Shown here piece by piece: positions 28,101 through 43,100 of a stretch of 64,000 nt of DNA; within the stretch, counting starts at the first letter, position 1; every line of letters starts with the position of its first letter. The translations under genes and the position numbers were made by a program. Location: contig CM059432.1 in assembly GCA_030390025.1 (NCBI GenBank), positions 141,486,001-141,550,000 of the forward strand. Direction: 5' to 3'. The DNA is from Squalus acanthias. Lineage: Eukaryota. The notes under the pieces are model-generated. The model searched no databases and had not been told where the DNA came from. It was given only the letters and a program-made list of their open reading frames with translations.

Positions 28101-31100
28101 AGTATAACTCCACTGGCACAGTAAGGAGTATAACTCCACTGGCACAGTATGGAGTATAACTCCACTCGCACAGTATGGAGTATAACTCCACTGGCACAGT
28201 AGGAGTATAACTCCACTGGCACAGTATGGAGTATAACTCCACTGGCACAGTATGGAGTATAACTCACTGGCACAGTATGGAGTATAACTCCACTGGCACA
28301 GTATGGAGTATAACTCCACTGGCACAGTATGGAGTCTAACTCCACTCGCACAGTATGGAGTATAACTCCACTGCTCAGTATGGAGTATAACTCCACTGGC
28401 ACAGTATGGAGTATAACTCCACTGGCACAGTATGGAGTCTAACTCCACTCGCACAGTATGGAGTATAACTCCACTGGCACAGTATGGAGTATAACTCCAC
28501 TGGCACAGTATGGAGTATAACTCCACTGGCACAGTATGGAGTATAACTCCACTGGCACAGTATGGAGTATAACTCCACTGGCACAGTATGGAGTATAACT
28601 CCACTGGCACAGTATGGAGTATAACTCCACTGGCACAGTATGGAGTATAACTCCACTGGCACAGTATGGAGTATAACTCCACTGGCACAGTAAGGAGTAT
28701 AACTCCACTGGCACAGTATGGAGTATAACTCCACTGGCACAGTATGGAGTATAACTCCACTGGCACAGTATGGAGTATAACTCCACTGGCACAGTATGGA
28801 GTATAACTCCACTGGCACAGTATGGAGTATAACTCCACTGGCACAGTATGGAGTATAACTCCACTGGCACAGTATGGAGTATAACTCCACTGGCACAGTA
28901 TGGAGTATAACTCCACTGGCACAGTATGGAGTATAACTCCACTGGCACAGTATGGAGTCTAACTCCACTGGCACAGTATGGAGTATAACTCCACTGGCAC
29001 AGTATGGAGTATAACTCCACTGGCACAGTATGGAGTATAACTCCACTGGCACAGTATGGAGTATAACTCCACTGGCACAGTATGGAGTATAACTCCACTG
29101 GCACAGTATGGAGTATAACTCCACTGGCACAGTATGGAGTATAACTCCACTGGCACAGTATGGAGTATAACTCCACTGGCACAGTATGGAGTATAACTCC
29201 ACTGGCACAGTAAGGAGTATAACTCCACTGGCACAGTATGGAGTATAACTCCACTGGCACAGTATGGAGTATAACTCCACTGGCACAGTATGGAGTATAA
29301 CTCCACTGGCACAGTATGGAGTATAACTCCACTGGCACAGTATGGAGTATAACTCCACTGGCACAGTATGGAGTATAACTCCACTGGCACAGTATGGAGT
29401 ATAACTCCACTGGCACAGTAAGGAGTATAACTCCACTGGCACAGTATGGAGTATAACTCCACTGGCACAGTATGGAGTATAACTCCACTGGCACAGTAAG
29501 GAGTATAACTCCACTGGCACAGTATGGAGTATAACTCCACTGGCACAGTAAGGAGTATAACTCCACTGGCACAGTAAGGAGTATAACTCCAACTGGCACA
29601 GTATGGAGTATAACTCCACTGCACAGTACTGGAGTATAACTCCACTGGCACAGTAAGGAGTATAACTCCACTGGCACAGTATGGAGTATAACTCCACTGG
29701 CACAGTATGGAGTCTAACTCCACTGGCACAGTAAGGAGTATAACTCCACTGGCACAGTATGAGTATAACTCCACTGGCACAGTAAGGAGTATAACTCCAC
29801 TGGCACAGTAAGGAGTATAACTCCACTGGCACAGTATGAGTATAACTCCACTGGCACAGTAAGGAGTATAACTCCACTGGCACAGTATGGAGTATAACTC
29901 CACTGGCACAGTAATGGAGTATAACTCCACTGGCACAGTATGGAGTATAACTCCACTGGCACAGTATGGAGTATAACTCCACTGGCACAGTATGGAGTAT
30001 AACTCCACTGGCACAGTAGGAGTATAACTCCACTGGCACAGTATGGAGTATAACTCCACTGGCACAGTATGAGTATAACTCCACTGGCACAGTATGGAGT
30101 ATAACTCCACTGGCACAGTAAGGAGTATAACTCCACTGGCACAGTATGGAGTATAACTCCACTGGCACAGTATGGAGTATAACTCCACTGGCACAGTATG
30201 GAGTATAACTCCACTGGCACAGTATGGAGTATAACTCCACTGGCACAGTATGGAGTATAACTCCACTGGCACAGTATGGAGTATAACTCCACTGGCACAG
30301 TATGGAGTATAACTCCACTGGCACAGTAAGGAGTATAACTCCACTGGCACAGTATGGAGTATAACTCCACTGGCACAGTATGGAGTATAACTCCACTGGC
30401 ACAGTATGGAGTATAACTCCACTGGCACAGTAAGGAGTATAACTCCACTGGCACAGTATGGAGTATAACTCCACTGGCACAGTATGGAGTATAACTCCAC
30501 TGGCACAGTATGGAGTATAACTCCACTGGCACAGTATGGAGTATAACTCCACTGGCACAGTATGGAGTATAACTCCACTGGCACAGTATGGAGTATAACT
30601 CCACTGGCACAGTATGGAGTATAACTCCACTGGCACAGTATGGAGTATAACTCCACTGGCACAGTATGGAGTATAACTCCACTGGCACAGTAAGGAGTAT
30701 AACTCCACTGGCACAGTATGGAGTATAACTCCACTGGCACAGTATGGAGTATAACTCCACTGGCACAGTATGGAGTATAACTCCACTGGCACAGTAAGGA
30801 GTATAACTCCACTGGCACAGTATGGAGTATAACTCCACTGGCACAGTATGGAGTATAACTCCACTGCACAGTATGGAGTATAACTCCACTGGCACAGTAT
30901 GGAGTATAACTCCACTGGCACAGTATGGAGTATAACTCCACTGGCACAGTATGGAGTATAACTCCACTGGCACAGTATGGAGTATAACTCCACTGGCACA
31001 GTATGGAGTATAACTCCACTGGCACAGTATGGAGTATAACTCCACTGGCACAGTAAGGAGTATAACTCCACTGGCACAGTAAGGAGTATAACTCCACTGG

Positions 31101-34100
31101 CACAGTAAGGAGTATAACTCCACTGGCACAGTATGGAGTATAACTCCACTGGCACAGTATGGAGTATAACTCCACTGGCACAGTATGGAGTATAACTCCA
31201 CTGGCACAGTAAAACTCCACTGGCACAGTATGGAGTATAACTCCACTGGCACAGTATGGAGTATAACTCCACTGGCACAGTATGGAGTATAACTCCACTG
31301 GCACAGTATGGAGTATAACTCCACTGGCACAGTATGGAGTATAACTCCACTGGCACAGTATGGAGTATAACTCCACTGGCACAGTATGGAGTATAACTCC
31401 ACTGCACAGTATGGAGTATAACTCCACTGCACAGTATGGAGTATAACTCCACTGGCACAGTATGGAGTATAACTCCACTGGCACAGTATGGAGTATAACT
31501 CCACTGGCACAGTATGGAGTATAACTCCACTGGCACAGTAAGGAGTATAACTCCACTGGCACAGTATGGAGTATAACTCCACTGGCACAGTATGGAGTAT
31601 AACTCCACTGGCACAGTATGGAGTATAACTCCACTGGCACAGTATGGAGTATAACTCCACTGGCACAGTATGGAGTATAACTCCACTGGCACAGTATGGA
31701 GTATAACTCCACTGGCACAGTATGGAGTATAACTCCACTGGCACAGTAAGGAGTATAACTCCACTGGCACAGTATGGAGTATAACTCCACTGGCACAGTA
31801 TGGAGTCTAACTCCACTGGCACAGTAAGGAGTATAACTCCACTGGCACAGTATGGAGTATAACTCCACTGGCACAGTATGGAGTATAACTCCACTGGCAC
31901 AGTATGGAGTATAACTCCACTGGCACAGTATGGAGTATAACTCCACTGGCACAGTATGGAGTATAACTCCACTGGCACAGTATGGAGTATAACTCCACTG
32001 GCACAGTAAGGAGTATAACTCCACTGGCACAGTATGGAGTATAACTCCACTGGCACAGTATGGAGTATAACTCCACTGGCACAGTATGGAGTATAACTCC
32101 ACTGGCACAGTAAGGAGTATAACTCCACTGGCACAGTATGGAGTATAACTCCACTGGCACAGTATGGAGTATAACTCCACTGGCACAGTAAGGAGTATAA
32201 CTCCACTGGCACAGTATGGAGTATAACTCCACTGGCACAGTATGGAGTATAACTCCACTGGCACAGTATGGAGTATAACTCCACTGGCACAGTATGGAGT
32301 ATAACTCCACTGGCACAGTATGGAGTATAACTCCACTGGCACAGTATGGAGTATAACTCCACTGGCACAGTATGGAGTATAACTCCACTGGCACAGTATG
32401 GAGTATAACTCCACTGGCACAGTAAGGAGTATAACTCCACTGGCACAGTATGGAGTATAACTCCACTGGCACAGTATGGAGTATAACTCCACTGGCACAG
32501 TATGGAGTATAACTCCACTGGCACAGTATGGAGTATAACTCCACTGGCACAGTAAGGAGTATAACTCCACTGGCACAGTAAGGAGTATAACTCCACTGGC
32601 ACAGTATGGAGTATAACTCCACTGGCACAGTAAGGAGTATAACTCCACTGGCACAGTAAGGAGTATAACTCCACTGGCACAGTATGGAGTATAACTCCAC
32701 TGGCACAGTATGGAGTATAACTCCACTGGCACAGTATGGAGTATAACTCCACTGGCACAGTATGGAGTATAACTCCACTGGCACAGTATGGAGTATAACT
32801 CCACTGGCACAGTAAGGAGTATAACTCCACTGGCACAGTATGGAGTATAACTCCACTGGCACAGTATGGAGTATAACTCCACTGGCACAGTATGGAGTAT
32901 AACTCCACTGGCACAGTATGGAGTATAACTCCACTGGCACAGTATGGAGTATAACTCCACTGGCACAGTATGGAGTATAACTCCACTGGCACAGTATGGA
33001 GTATAACTCCACTGGCACAGTATGGAGTATAACTCCACTGGCACAGTATGGAGTATAACTCCACTGGCACAGTATGGAGTATAACTCCACTGGCACAGTA
33101 AGGAGTATAACTCCACTGGCACAGTATGGAGTATAACTCCACTGGCACAGTATGGAGTATAACTCCACTGGCACAGTATGGAGTATAACTCCACTGGCAC
33201 AGTATGGAGTATAACTCCACTGGCACAGTATGGAGTATAACTCCACTGGCACAGTAAGGAGTATAACTCCACTGGCACAGTATGGAGTATAACTCCACTG
33301 GCACAGTATGGAGTATAACTCCACTGGCACAGTAAGGAGTATAACTCCACTGGCACAGTATGGAGTATAACTCCACTGGCACAGTATGGAGTATAACTCC
33401 ACTGGCACAGTATGGAGTATAACTCCACTGGCACAGTATGGAGTATAACTCCACTGGCACAGTATGGAGTATAACTCCACTGGCACAGTATGGAGTATAA
33501 CTCCACTGGCACAGTATGGAGTATAACTCCACTGGCACAGTATGGAGTATAACTCCACTGGCACAGTAAGGAGTATAACTCCACTGGCACAGTATGGAGT
33601 ATAACTCCACTGGCACAGTAAGGAGTATAACTCCACTGGCACAGTATGGAGTATAACTCCACTGGCACAGTATGGAGTATAACTCCACTGGCACAGTATG
33701 GAGTATAACTCCACTGGCACAGTATGGAGTATAACTCCACTGGACACAGTATGGAGTATAACTCCACTTGGCACAGTATGGAGTATAACTCCACTGGCAC
33801 AGTATGGAGTATAACTCCACTGGCACAGTATGGAGTATAACTCCATCTGGCACAGAATGGAGTCTAACTCCACTGGCACAGTAAGGAGTATAACTCCACT
33901 GGAACAATATGGAGTATACTCCACTGGCCACCGTATGGAATCTAACTCCACTGGCACAGTAAGGAGTATAACTCCCCACTGGCACAGTATGGAGTATAAC
34001 TCCACTGGCACAGTATGGAATCTAACTCCACTGGCACAGTAAGGAGTATAACTCCACTGGCACAGTATGGGTGTAACTCCTCTCGCACAGTATGGAGTCT

Positions 34101-37100
34101 AACTCCACTGGCACAGTAAGGAGTATAACTCCACCTGGCACAGTATGGAGTATAACTCCACAGGCACAGTAAGGAGTATAACCCCACTGGCACAGTATGG
34201 AGTATAAACTCCACTGGCACAGTAAGGAGTCTAACTCCACTCGCCACAGTAAGGAGTATAACTCCACTGGCACAGTATGGAGTATAACTCACTGGCACAG
34301 TATGGAGTATAACTCCACTGGCACAGTATGGAGTATAACTCCACTGGCACAGTAAGGAGTATAACTCCACTGGCACAGTATGGAGTATAACTCCACTGGC
34401 ACAGTAAGGAGTATAACTCCACTGGCACAGTATGGAGTATAACTCCACTGGCACAGTATGGAGTATAACTCCACTGGCACAGTAAGGAGTATAACTCCAC
34501 TGGCACAGTAAGGAGTATAACTCCACTGGCACAGTATGGAGTATAACTCCACTGGCACAGTATGGAGTATAACTCCACTGGCACAGTATGGAGTATAACT
34601 CCACTGGCACAGTATGGAGTATAACTCCACTGGCACAGTAAGGAGTATAACTCCACTGGCACAGTATGGAGTATAACTCCACTGGCACAGTATGGAGTAT
34701 AACTCCACTGGCACAGTAAGGAGTATAACTCCACTGGCACAGTATGGAGTATAACTCCACTGGCACAGTATGGAGTATAACTCCACTGGCACAGTAAGGA
34801 GTATAACTCCACTGGCACAGTATGGAGTATAACTCCACTGGCACAGTATGGAGTATAACTCCACTGGCACAGTAAGGAGTATAACTCCACTGGCACAGTA
34901 TGGAGTATAACTCCACTGGCACAGTACGGAGTATAACTCCACTGGCACAGTATGGAGTATAACTCACTGGCACAGTAAGGAGTATAACTCCACTGGCACA
35001 GTAAGGAGTATAACTCCACTGGCACAGTATGGAGTCTAACTCCACTGGCACAGTATGGAGTCTAACTCCACTGGCACAGTATGGAGTATAACTCCACTGG
35101 CACAGTATGGAGTATAACTCCACTGGCACAGTATGGAGTATAACTCCACTGGCACAGTATGGAGTATAACTCCACTGGCACAGTACGGAGTATAACTCCA
35201 CTGGCACAGTATGGAGTATAACTCCACTGGCACAGTATGGAGTATAACTCCACTGGCACAGTATGGAGTATAACTCCACTGGCACAGTATGGAGTATAAC
35301 TCCACTGGCACAGTATGGAGTATAACTCCACTGGCACAGTAAGGAGTATAACTCCACTGGCACAGTAAGGAGTATAACTCCACTGGCACAGTATGGAGTA
35401 TAACTCCACTGGCACAGTATGGAGTATAACTCCACTGGCACAGTATGGAGTATAACTCCACTGGCACAGTATGGAGTATAACTCCACTGGCACAGTATGG
35501 AGTATAACTCCACTGGCACAGTATGGAGTATAACTCCACTGGCACAGTATGGAGTCTAACTCCACTGGCACAGTATGGAGTCTAACTCCACTGGCACAGT
35601 ATGGAGTATAACTCCACTGGCACAGTATGGAGTATAACTCCACTGGCACAGTATGGAGTCTAACTCCACTGGCACAGTATGGAGTATAACTCCACTGGCA
35701 CAGTATGGAGTATAACTCCACTGGCACAGTATGGAGTATAACTCCACTGGCACAGTATGGAGTATAACTCCACTGGCACAGTATGGAGTATAACTCCACT
35801 GGCACAGTAAGGAGTATAACTCCACTGGCACAGTATGGAGTATAACTCCACTGGCACAGTATGGAGTATAACTCCACTGGCACAGTATGGAGTATAACTC
35901 CACTGCACAGTATGGAGTCTAACTCCACTGGCACAGTATGGAGTATAACTCCACTGGCACAGTATGGAGTATAACTCCACTGGCACAGTATGGAGTATAA
36001 CTCCACTGGCACAGTAAGGAGTCTAACTCCACTGGCACAAGTATGGAGTATACTCCACTGGCACAGTATGGAGTCTAACTCCACTGGCACAGTTATGGAG
36101 TATAACTCCTCTGGCACAGTATGGAGTATAACTCCACTGGCACAGTATGGAGTATAACTCCACTGGCACAGTATGGAGTATAACTCCACTGGCACAGTAT
36201 GGAGTATAACTCCACTGGCACAGTATGGAGTATAACTCCACTGGCACAGTATGGAGTATAACTCCACTGGCACAGTATGGAGTATAACTCCACTGGCACA
36301 GTATGGAGTATAACTCCACTGGCACAGTATGGAGTATAACTCCACTGGCCACAGTAAGGAGTATAACTCCACTGGCACAGTATGGAGTATAACTCCACTG
36401 GCACAGTATGGAGTATAACTCCACTGGCACAGTATGGAGTATAACTCCACTGGCACAGTATGGAGTATAACTCCACTGGCACAGTATGGAGTATAACTCC
36501 ACTGGCACAGTATGGAGTATAACTCCACTGGCACAGTATGGAGTATAACTCCACTGGCACAGTATGGAGTATAACTCCACTGGCACAGTAAGGAGTATAA
36601 CTCCACTGGCACAGTAAGGAGTATAACTCCACTGCACAGTATGAGTATAACTCCACTGGCACAGTATGGAGTATAACTCCACTGCACAATATGGAGTATA
36701 ACTCCACTGGCACAGTAAGGAGTATAACTCCACTGGCACAGTATGGAGTATAACTCCACTGGCACAGTAAGGAGTATAACTCCACTGGCACAGTAAGGAG
36801 TATAACTCCACTGGCACAGTATGGAGTATAACTCACTTGCATCAGTTTGGAGTATAACTCCACTGGCACAGTAATGGAGTATAACTCCACTGGCACAGTA
36901 TGGAGTATAAATCCACTGGCACAGTATGGAGTATAACTCCACTGCACAGTAAGGAGTTTAACTCCACTGGCACAGTATGAGTATAACTCCACTGCACAGT
37001 AAAGGTATAACTCACTGGACAGGTATGGAGTATAACTCACTGGTCTCAGTACGGAGTATAACTCCACTGGCACAGTATGGAGTATAACTCCACTGGCACA

Positions 37101-40100
37101 GTATGGAGTATAACTCCACTGCACAGTATGGAGTATAACTCCACTGGCACAGTATGAGTATAACTCCACTGGCACAGTATGGAGTCTAACTCCACTGGCA
37201 CAGTATGGAGTATAACTCCACTGGCACAGTATGGAGTATAACTCCACTGGCACAGTATGGAGTATAACTCCACTGGCACAGTATGGAGTATAACTCCACT
37301 GGCACAGTATGGAGTATAACTCCACTGGCACAGTATGGAGTATAACTCCACTGGCACAGTAAGGAGTATAACTCCACTGGCACAGTAAGGAGTATAACTC
37401 CACTGGCACAGTATGGAGTATAACTCCACTGGCACAGTATGGAGTATAACTCCACTGGCACAGTATGGAGTATAACTCCACTGGCACAGTAAGGAGTATA
37501 ACTCCACTGGCACAGTAAGGAGTATAACTCCACTGGCACAGTAAGGAGTATAACTCCACTGGCACAGTATGGAGTATAACTCCACTGGCACAGTATGGAG
37601 TATAACTCCACTGGCACAGTAAGGAGTATAACTCCACTGGCACAGTATGGAGTATAACTCCACTGGCACAGTATGGAGTATAACTCCACTGGCACAGTAA
37701 GGAGTATAACTCCACTGGCACAGTATGGAGTATAACTCCACTGGCACAGTAAGGAGTATAACTCCACTGGCACAGTATGGAGTATAACTCCACTGGCACA
37801 GTATGGAGTATAACTCCACTGGCACAGTAAGGAGTACTCCACTGGCACAGTAAGGAAATAACTCCACTTGCACAGTATGGAGTATAACTCACTGGCACAG
37901 TAAGGAGTATAACTCCACTGGCACAGTATGGAGTTATAACTCCACTGGCACAGTATGGAGTATAACTCCCACTGGCACAGTATGGAGTATAAACTCCACT
38001 GGCACAGTATGGAGTCTAACTCCACTGGCACAGTAAGGAGTATAACTCCACTGCCACAGTATGGAGTATAACTCCACTGGCACAGTAAGGAGTATAACTC
38101 CACTGGCACAGTATGGAGTATAACTCCACGGCACAGTAAGGAGTATAACTCCACTGGCACAGTATGGAGTATAACTCCACTGGCACAGTATGGAGTCTAA
38201 CTCCACTGGCACAGTATGGAGTATAACTCCACTGCACAGTATGGAGTATAACTCCACTGGCACAGTATGAGTCTAACTCCACTGGCACAGTAGGGAGTAT
38301 AACTCCACTGGCACAGTATGGAGTATAACCTCCACTGCACAGTATGGAGTATAACTCCACTGCACAGTAAGGAGTATAACTCCACTGGCACAGTAGGAGT
38401 ATAACTCCACTGGCACCAGTATGAGTTATAACTCCACTGGCACAGTAATGGAGTATAACTCCACTGGCACAGTATGGAGTATAACTCCACTGGCACAGTA
38501 AGGAGTATAACTCCACTGGCACAGTATGGAGTATAACTCCACTGGCACAGTATGGAGTATAACTCCACTGGCACAGTATGGAGTATAACTCCACTGGCAC
38601 AGTAAGGAGTCTAACTCCACTGGCACAGTATGGAGTATAACTCCACTGGCACAGTATGGAGTATAACTCCACTGCACAGTAAGGAGTATAACTCACTGGC
38701 ACAGTAAGGAGATACCTCCAATGGCACAGTATGGAGTATAACTCCACTGGCACAGTATGGAGTATAACTCCACTGGCACAGTATGGAGTCTAACTCCACT
38801 GGCACAGTATGGAGTATAACTCCACTGGCACAGTATGGAGTATAACTCCACTGGCACAGTATGGAGTATAACTCCACTGGCACAGTATGGAGTATAACTC
38901 CACTGGCACAGTATGGAGTATAACTCCACTGGCACAGTATGGAGTATAACTCCACTGGCACAGTATGGAGTATAACTCCACTGGCACAGTATGGAGTCTA
39001 ACTCCACTGGCACAGTATGAGTATAACTCCATCGGACAGTATGGAGTCTAACTCCACTGGCACAGTATGGAGTATAACTCCACTGGCACAGTATGGAGTA
39101 TAACTCCACTGGCACAGTATGGAGTATAACTCCACTGGCACAGTAAGGAGTATAACTCCACTGGCACAGTATGGAGTATAACTCCACTGGCACAGTATGG
39201 AATCTAACTCCACTGGCACAGTATGGAGTATAACTCCACTGGCACAGTAAGGAGTATAACTCCACTGGCACAGTATGGAGTATAACTCCTCTGGCACAGT
39301 ATGGGTATAACTCCACTGGCACAATATGGAGTATAACTCCACTGGCACAGTAAGGAGTATAACTCCACTGGCACAGTATGGAGTATAACTCCACTGACAC
39401 AGTAAGGAGTATAACTCCACTGCACAGTAAGGAGTATAACTCCACTGGCACAGTAAGGAGTATAACTCCACTGGCACAGTATGGAGTATAACTCCACTGG
39501 CACAGTATGGAGTATAACTCCACTGGCACAGTATGGAGTATAACTCCACTGGCACAGTAAGGAGTATAACTCCACTGGCACAGTAAGGAGTATAACTCCA
39601 CTGGCACAGTAAGGAGTATAACTCCACTGGCACAGTATGGAGTATAACTCCACTGGCACAGTATGGAGTATAACTCCACTGGCACAGTATGGAGTATAAC
39701 TCCACTGGCACAGTATGGAGTATAACTCCACTGCACAGTATGGAGTCTAACTCCACTGGCACAGTATGGAGTATAACTCCACTGGCACAGTATGGAGTAT
39801 AACTCCACTGGCACAGTAAGGAGTATAACCCACTGGCACAGTATGGAGTATAACTCCACTGGCACAGTATGGAGTATAACTCCACTGGCACAGTAAGGAG
39901 TCTAACTCCACTCGCACAGTAAGGAGTATAACTCCACTGGCACAGTATGGAGTATAACTCCACTGGCACAGTATGGAGTATAACTCCACTGGCACAGTAT
40001 GGAGTATAACTCCACTGGCACAGTAAGGAGTATAACTCCACTGGCACAGTATGGAGTATAACTCCACTGGCACAGTAAGGAGTATAACTCCACTGGCACA

Positions 40101-43100
40101 GTATGGAGTATAACTCCACTGGCACAGTATGGAGTATAACTCCACTGGCACAGTAAGGAGTATAACTCCACTGGCACAGTAAGGAGTATAACTCCACTGG
40201 CACAGTATGGAGTATAACTCCACTGGCACAGTATGGAGTATAACTCCACTGGCACAGTATGGAGTATAACTCCACTGGCACAGTATGGAGTATAACTCCA
40301 CTGGCACAGTATGGAGTATAACTCCACTGGCACAGTATGAGTATAACTCCACTGGCACAGTATGGAGTATAACTCCACTGGCACAGTATGGAGTATAACT
40401 CCACTGGCACAGTATGGAGTATAACTCCACTGGCACAGTATGGAGTATAACTCCACTGGCACAGTATGGAGTATAACTCCACTGGCACAGTATGGAGTAT
40501 AACTCCACTGGCACAGTATGGAGTATAACTCCACTGGCACAGTATGGAGTATAACTCCACTGGCACAGTAAGGAGTATAACTCCACTGGCACAGTATGGA
40601 GTATAACTCCACTGGCACAGTATGGAGTATAACTCCACTGGCACAGTATGGAGTATAACTCCACTGGCACAGTATGGAGTATAACTCCACTGGCACAGTA
40701 AGGAGTATAACTCCACTGGCACAGTATGGAGTCTAACTCCACTGGCACAGTATGGAGTATAACTCCACTGGCACAGTATGGAGTATAACTCCACCGGCAC
40801 AGTATGGAGTATAACTCCACTGGCACAGTATGGAGTATAACTCCACTGGCACAGTATGGAGTATAACTCCACTGGCACAGTACGGAGTATAACTCCACTG
40901 GCACAGTATGGAGTATAACTCCACTGGCACAGTATGGAGTATAACTCCACTGGCACAGTATGGAGTATAACTCCACTGGCACAGTAAGGAGTATAACTCC
41001 ACTGGCACAGTATGGAGTATAACTCCACTGGCACAGTAAGGAGTATAACTCCACTGGCACAGTAAGGAGTATAACTCCACTGGCACAGTATGGAGTATAA
41101 CTCCACTGGCACAGTATGGAGTATAACTCCACTGGCACAGTATGGAGTATAACTCCGCTGGCAAACTGTGCTGTAAAACTCCTCTGGCACACTATGGGTA
41201 TAACTCCACTGGCACAGTATGGAGTATAACTCCACTGGCACAGTATGGAGTCTAACTCCACTCGCACTGTATGGAGTCTAACTCCACTCGCACAGTATGG
41301 AGTATAACTCCACTGGCACAGTATGGAGTATAACTCCACTGGCACAGTATGGAGTCTAACTCCACTCGCACTGTATGGAGTCTAACTCCACTCGCACAGT
41401 ATGGAGTATAACTCCACTGGCACAGTATGGAGTATAACTCCTCTGGCACAGTATGGGTATAACTCCACTGGCACAGTATGGAGTATAACTCCACTGGCAC
41501 AGTAAGGAGTATAACTCCTCTGGCACAGTATGGAGTATAACTCCACTTGCACAGTATGGAGTATAACTCCACTGGCACAGTATGGAGTATAACTCCACTT
41601 GCACAGTATGGAGTATAACTCCACTGGCACAGTATGGAGTATAACTCCACTGGCACAGTATGGAGTATAACTCCACTGGCACAGTATGGAGTCTAACTCC
41701 ACTGGCACAGTAAGGAGTATAACTCCACTGGAACAATATGGAGTATAACTCCACTGGCACAGTATGGAGTCTAACTCCACTCGCACTGTATGGAGTCTAA
41801 CTCCACTCGCGCAGTATGGAGTATAACTCCACTGGCACAGTATGGAGTATAACTCCTCTGGCACAGTATGGAGTATAACTCCACTGGCACAGTATGGAGT
41901 ATAACTCCACTGGCACAGTATGGAGTATAACTCCACTGGCACAGTATGGAGTCTAACTCCACTGGCACAGTAAGGAGTATAACTCCACTGGCACAGTATG
42001 GAGTATAACTCCACTTTCTCAGTATGGAGTCTAACTCCACTCGCACAGTATGGAGTATAACTCCACTGGCACTGTATGGAGTATAACTCCACTGGCACAG
42101 TATGGAGTATAACTCCACTGGCACAGTATGGATTATAACTCCACTGGCACATTAAGGAGTATAACTCCACTCGAACAGTATGGAGTATAACTCCACTGGC
42201 ACAGTACGGAGTATAACTCCACTGGCACAGTATGGAGTATAACTCCACTGGCACATTAAGGAGTATAACTCCACTGGCACAGTAAGGAGTATAACTCCAC
42301 TGGCACAGTATGGAGTATAACTCCACTGGCACAGTATGGAGTCTAACTCCTCTGGCACAATATGGAGTATAACTCCACTGGCACAGTAAGGAGTATAACT
42401 CCACTTGCACAGTATGGAGTATAACTCCACTTGCACAGTATGGAGTATAACTCCACTGGCACAGTATGGAGTATAACTCCACTGGCACAGTATGGAGTAT
42501 AACTCCACTGGCACAGTATGGAGTATAACTCCACTTGCACAGTATGGAGTATAACTCCACTGGCACAGTATGGAGTATAACTCCACTGGCACAGTATGGA
42601 GTATAACTCCACTGGCACAGTATGGAGTATAACTCCACTGGCACAGTAAGGAGTATAACTCCACTGGCACAGTATGGAGTATAACTCCACTGGCACAGTA
42701 TGGAGTATAACTCCACTGGCACAGTAAGGAGTATAACTCCACTGGAACAATATGGAGTATAACTCCACTGGCACAGTATGGAATCTAACTCCACTGGCAC
42801 AGTATGGAGTATAACTCCACTGGCACAGTAAGGAGTATAACTCCACTGGCACAGTATGGAGTATAACTCCTCTGGCACAGTATGGGGATAACTGCACTGG
42901 CACAATATGGAGTATAACTCCACTGGCACAGTAAGGAGTATAACTCCTCTGGCACAGTATGGAGTATAACTCCACTGGCACAGTAAGGAGTCTAACTCCA
43001 CTCGCACAGTAAGGAGTATAACTCCACTGGCACAGTAAGGAGTATAACTCCACTGGCACAGTATGGAGTATAACTCCACTGGCACAGTATGGAGTATAAC

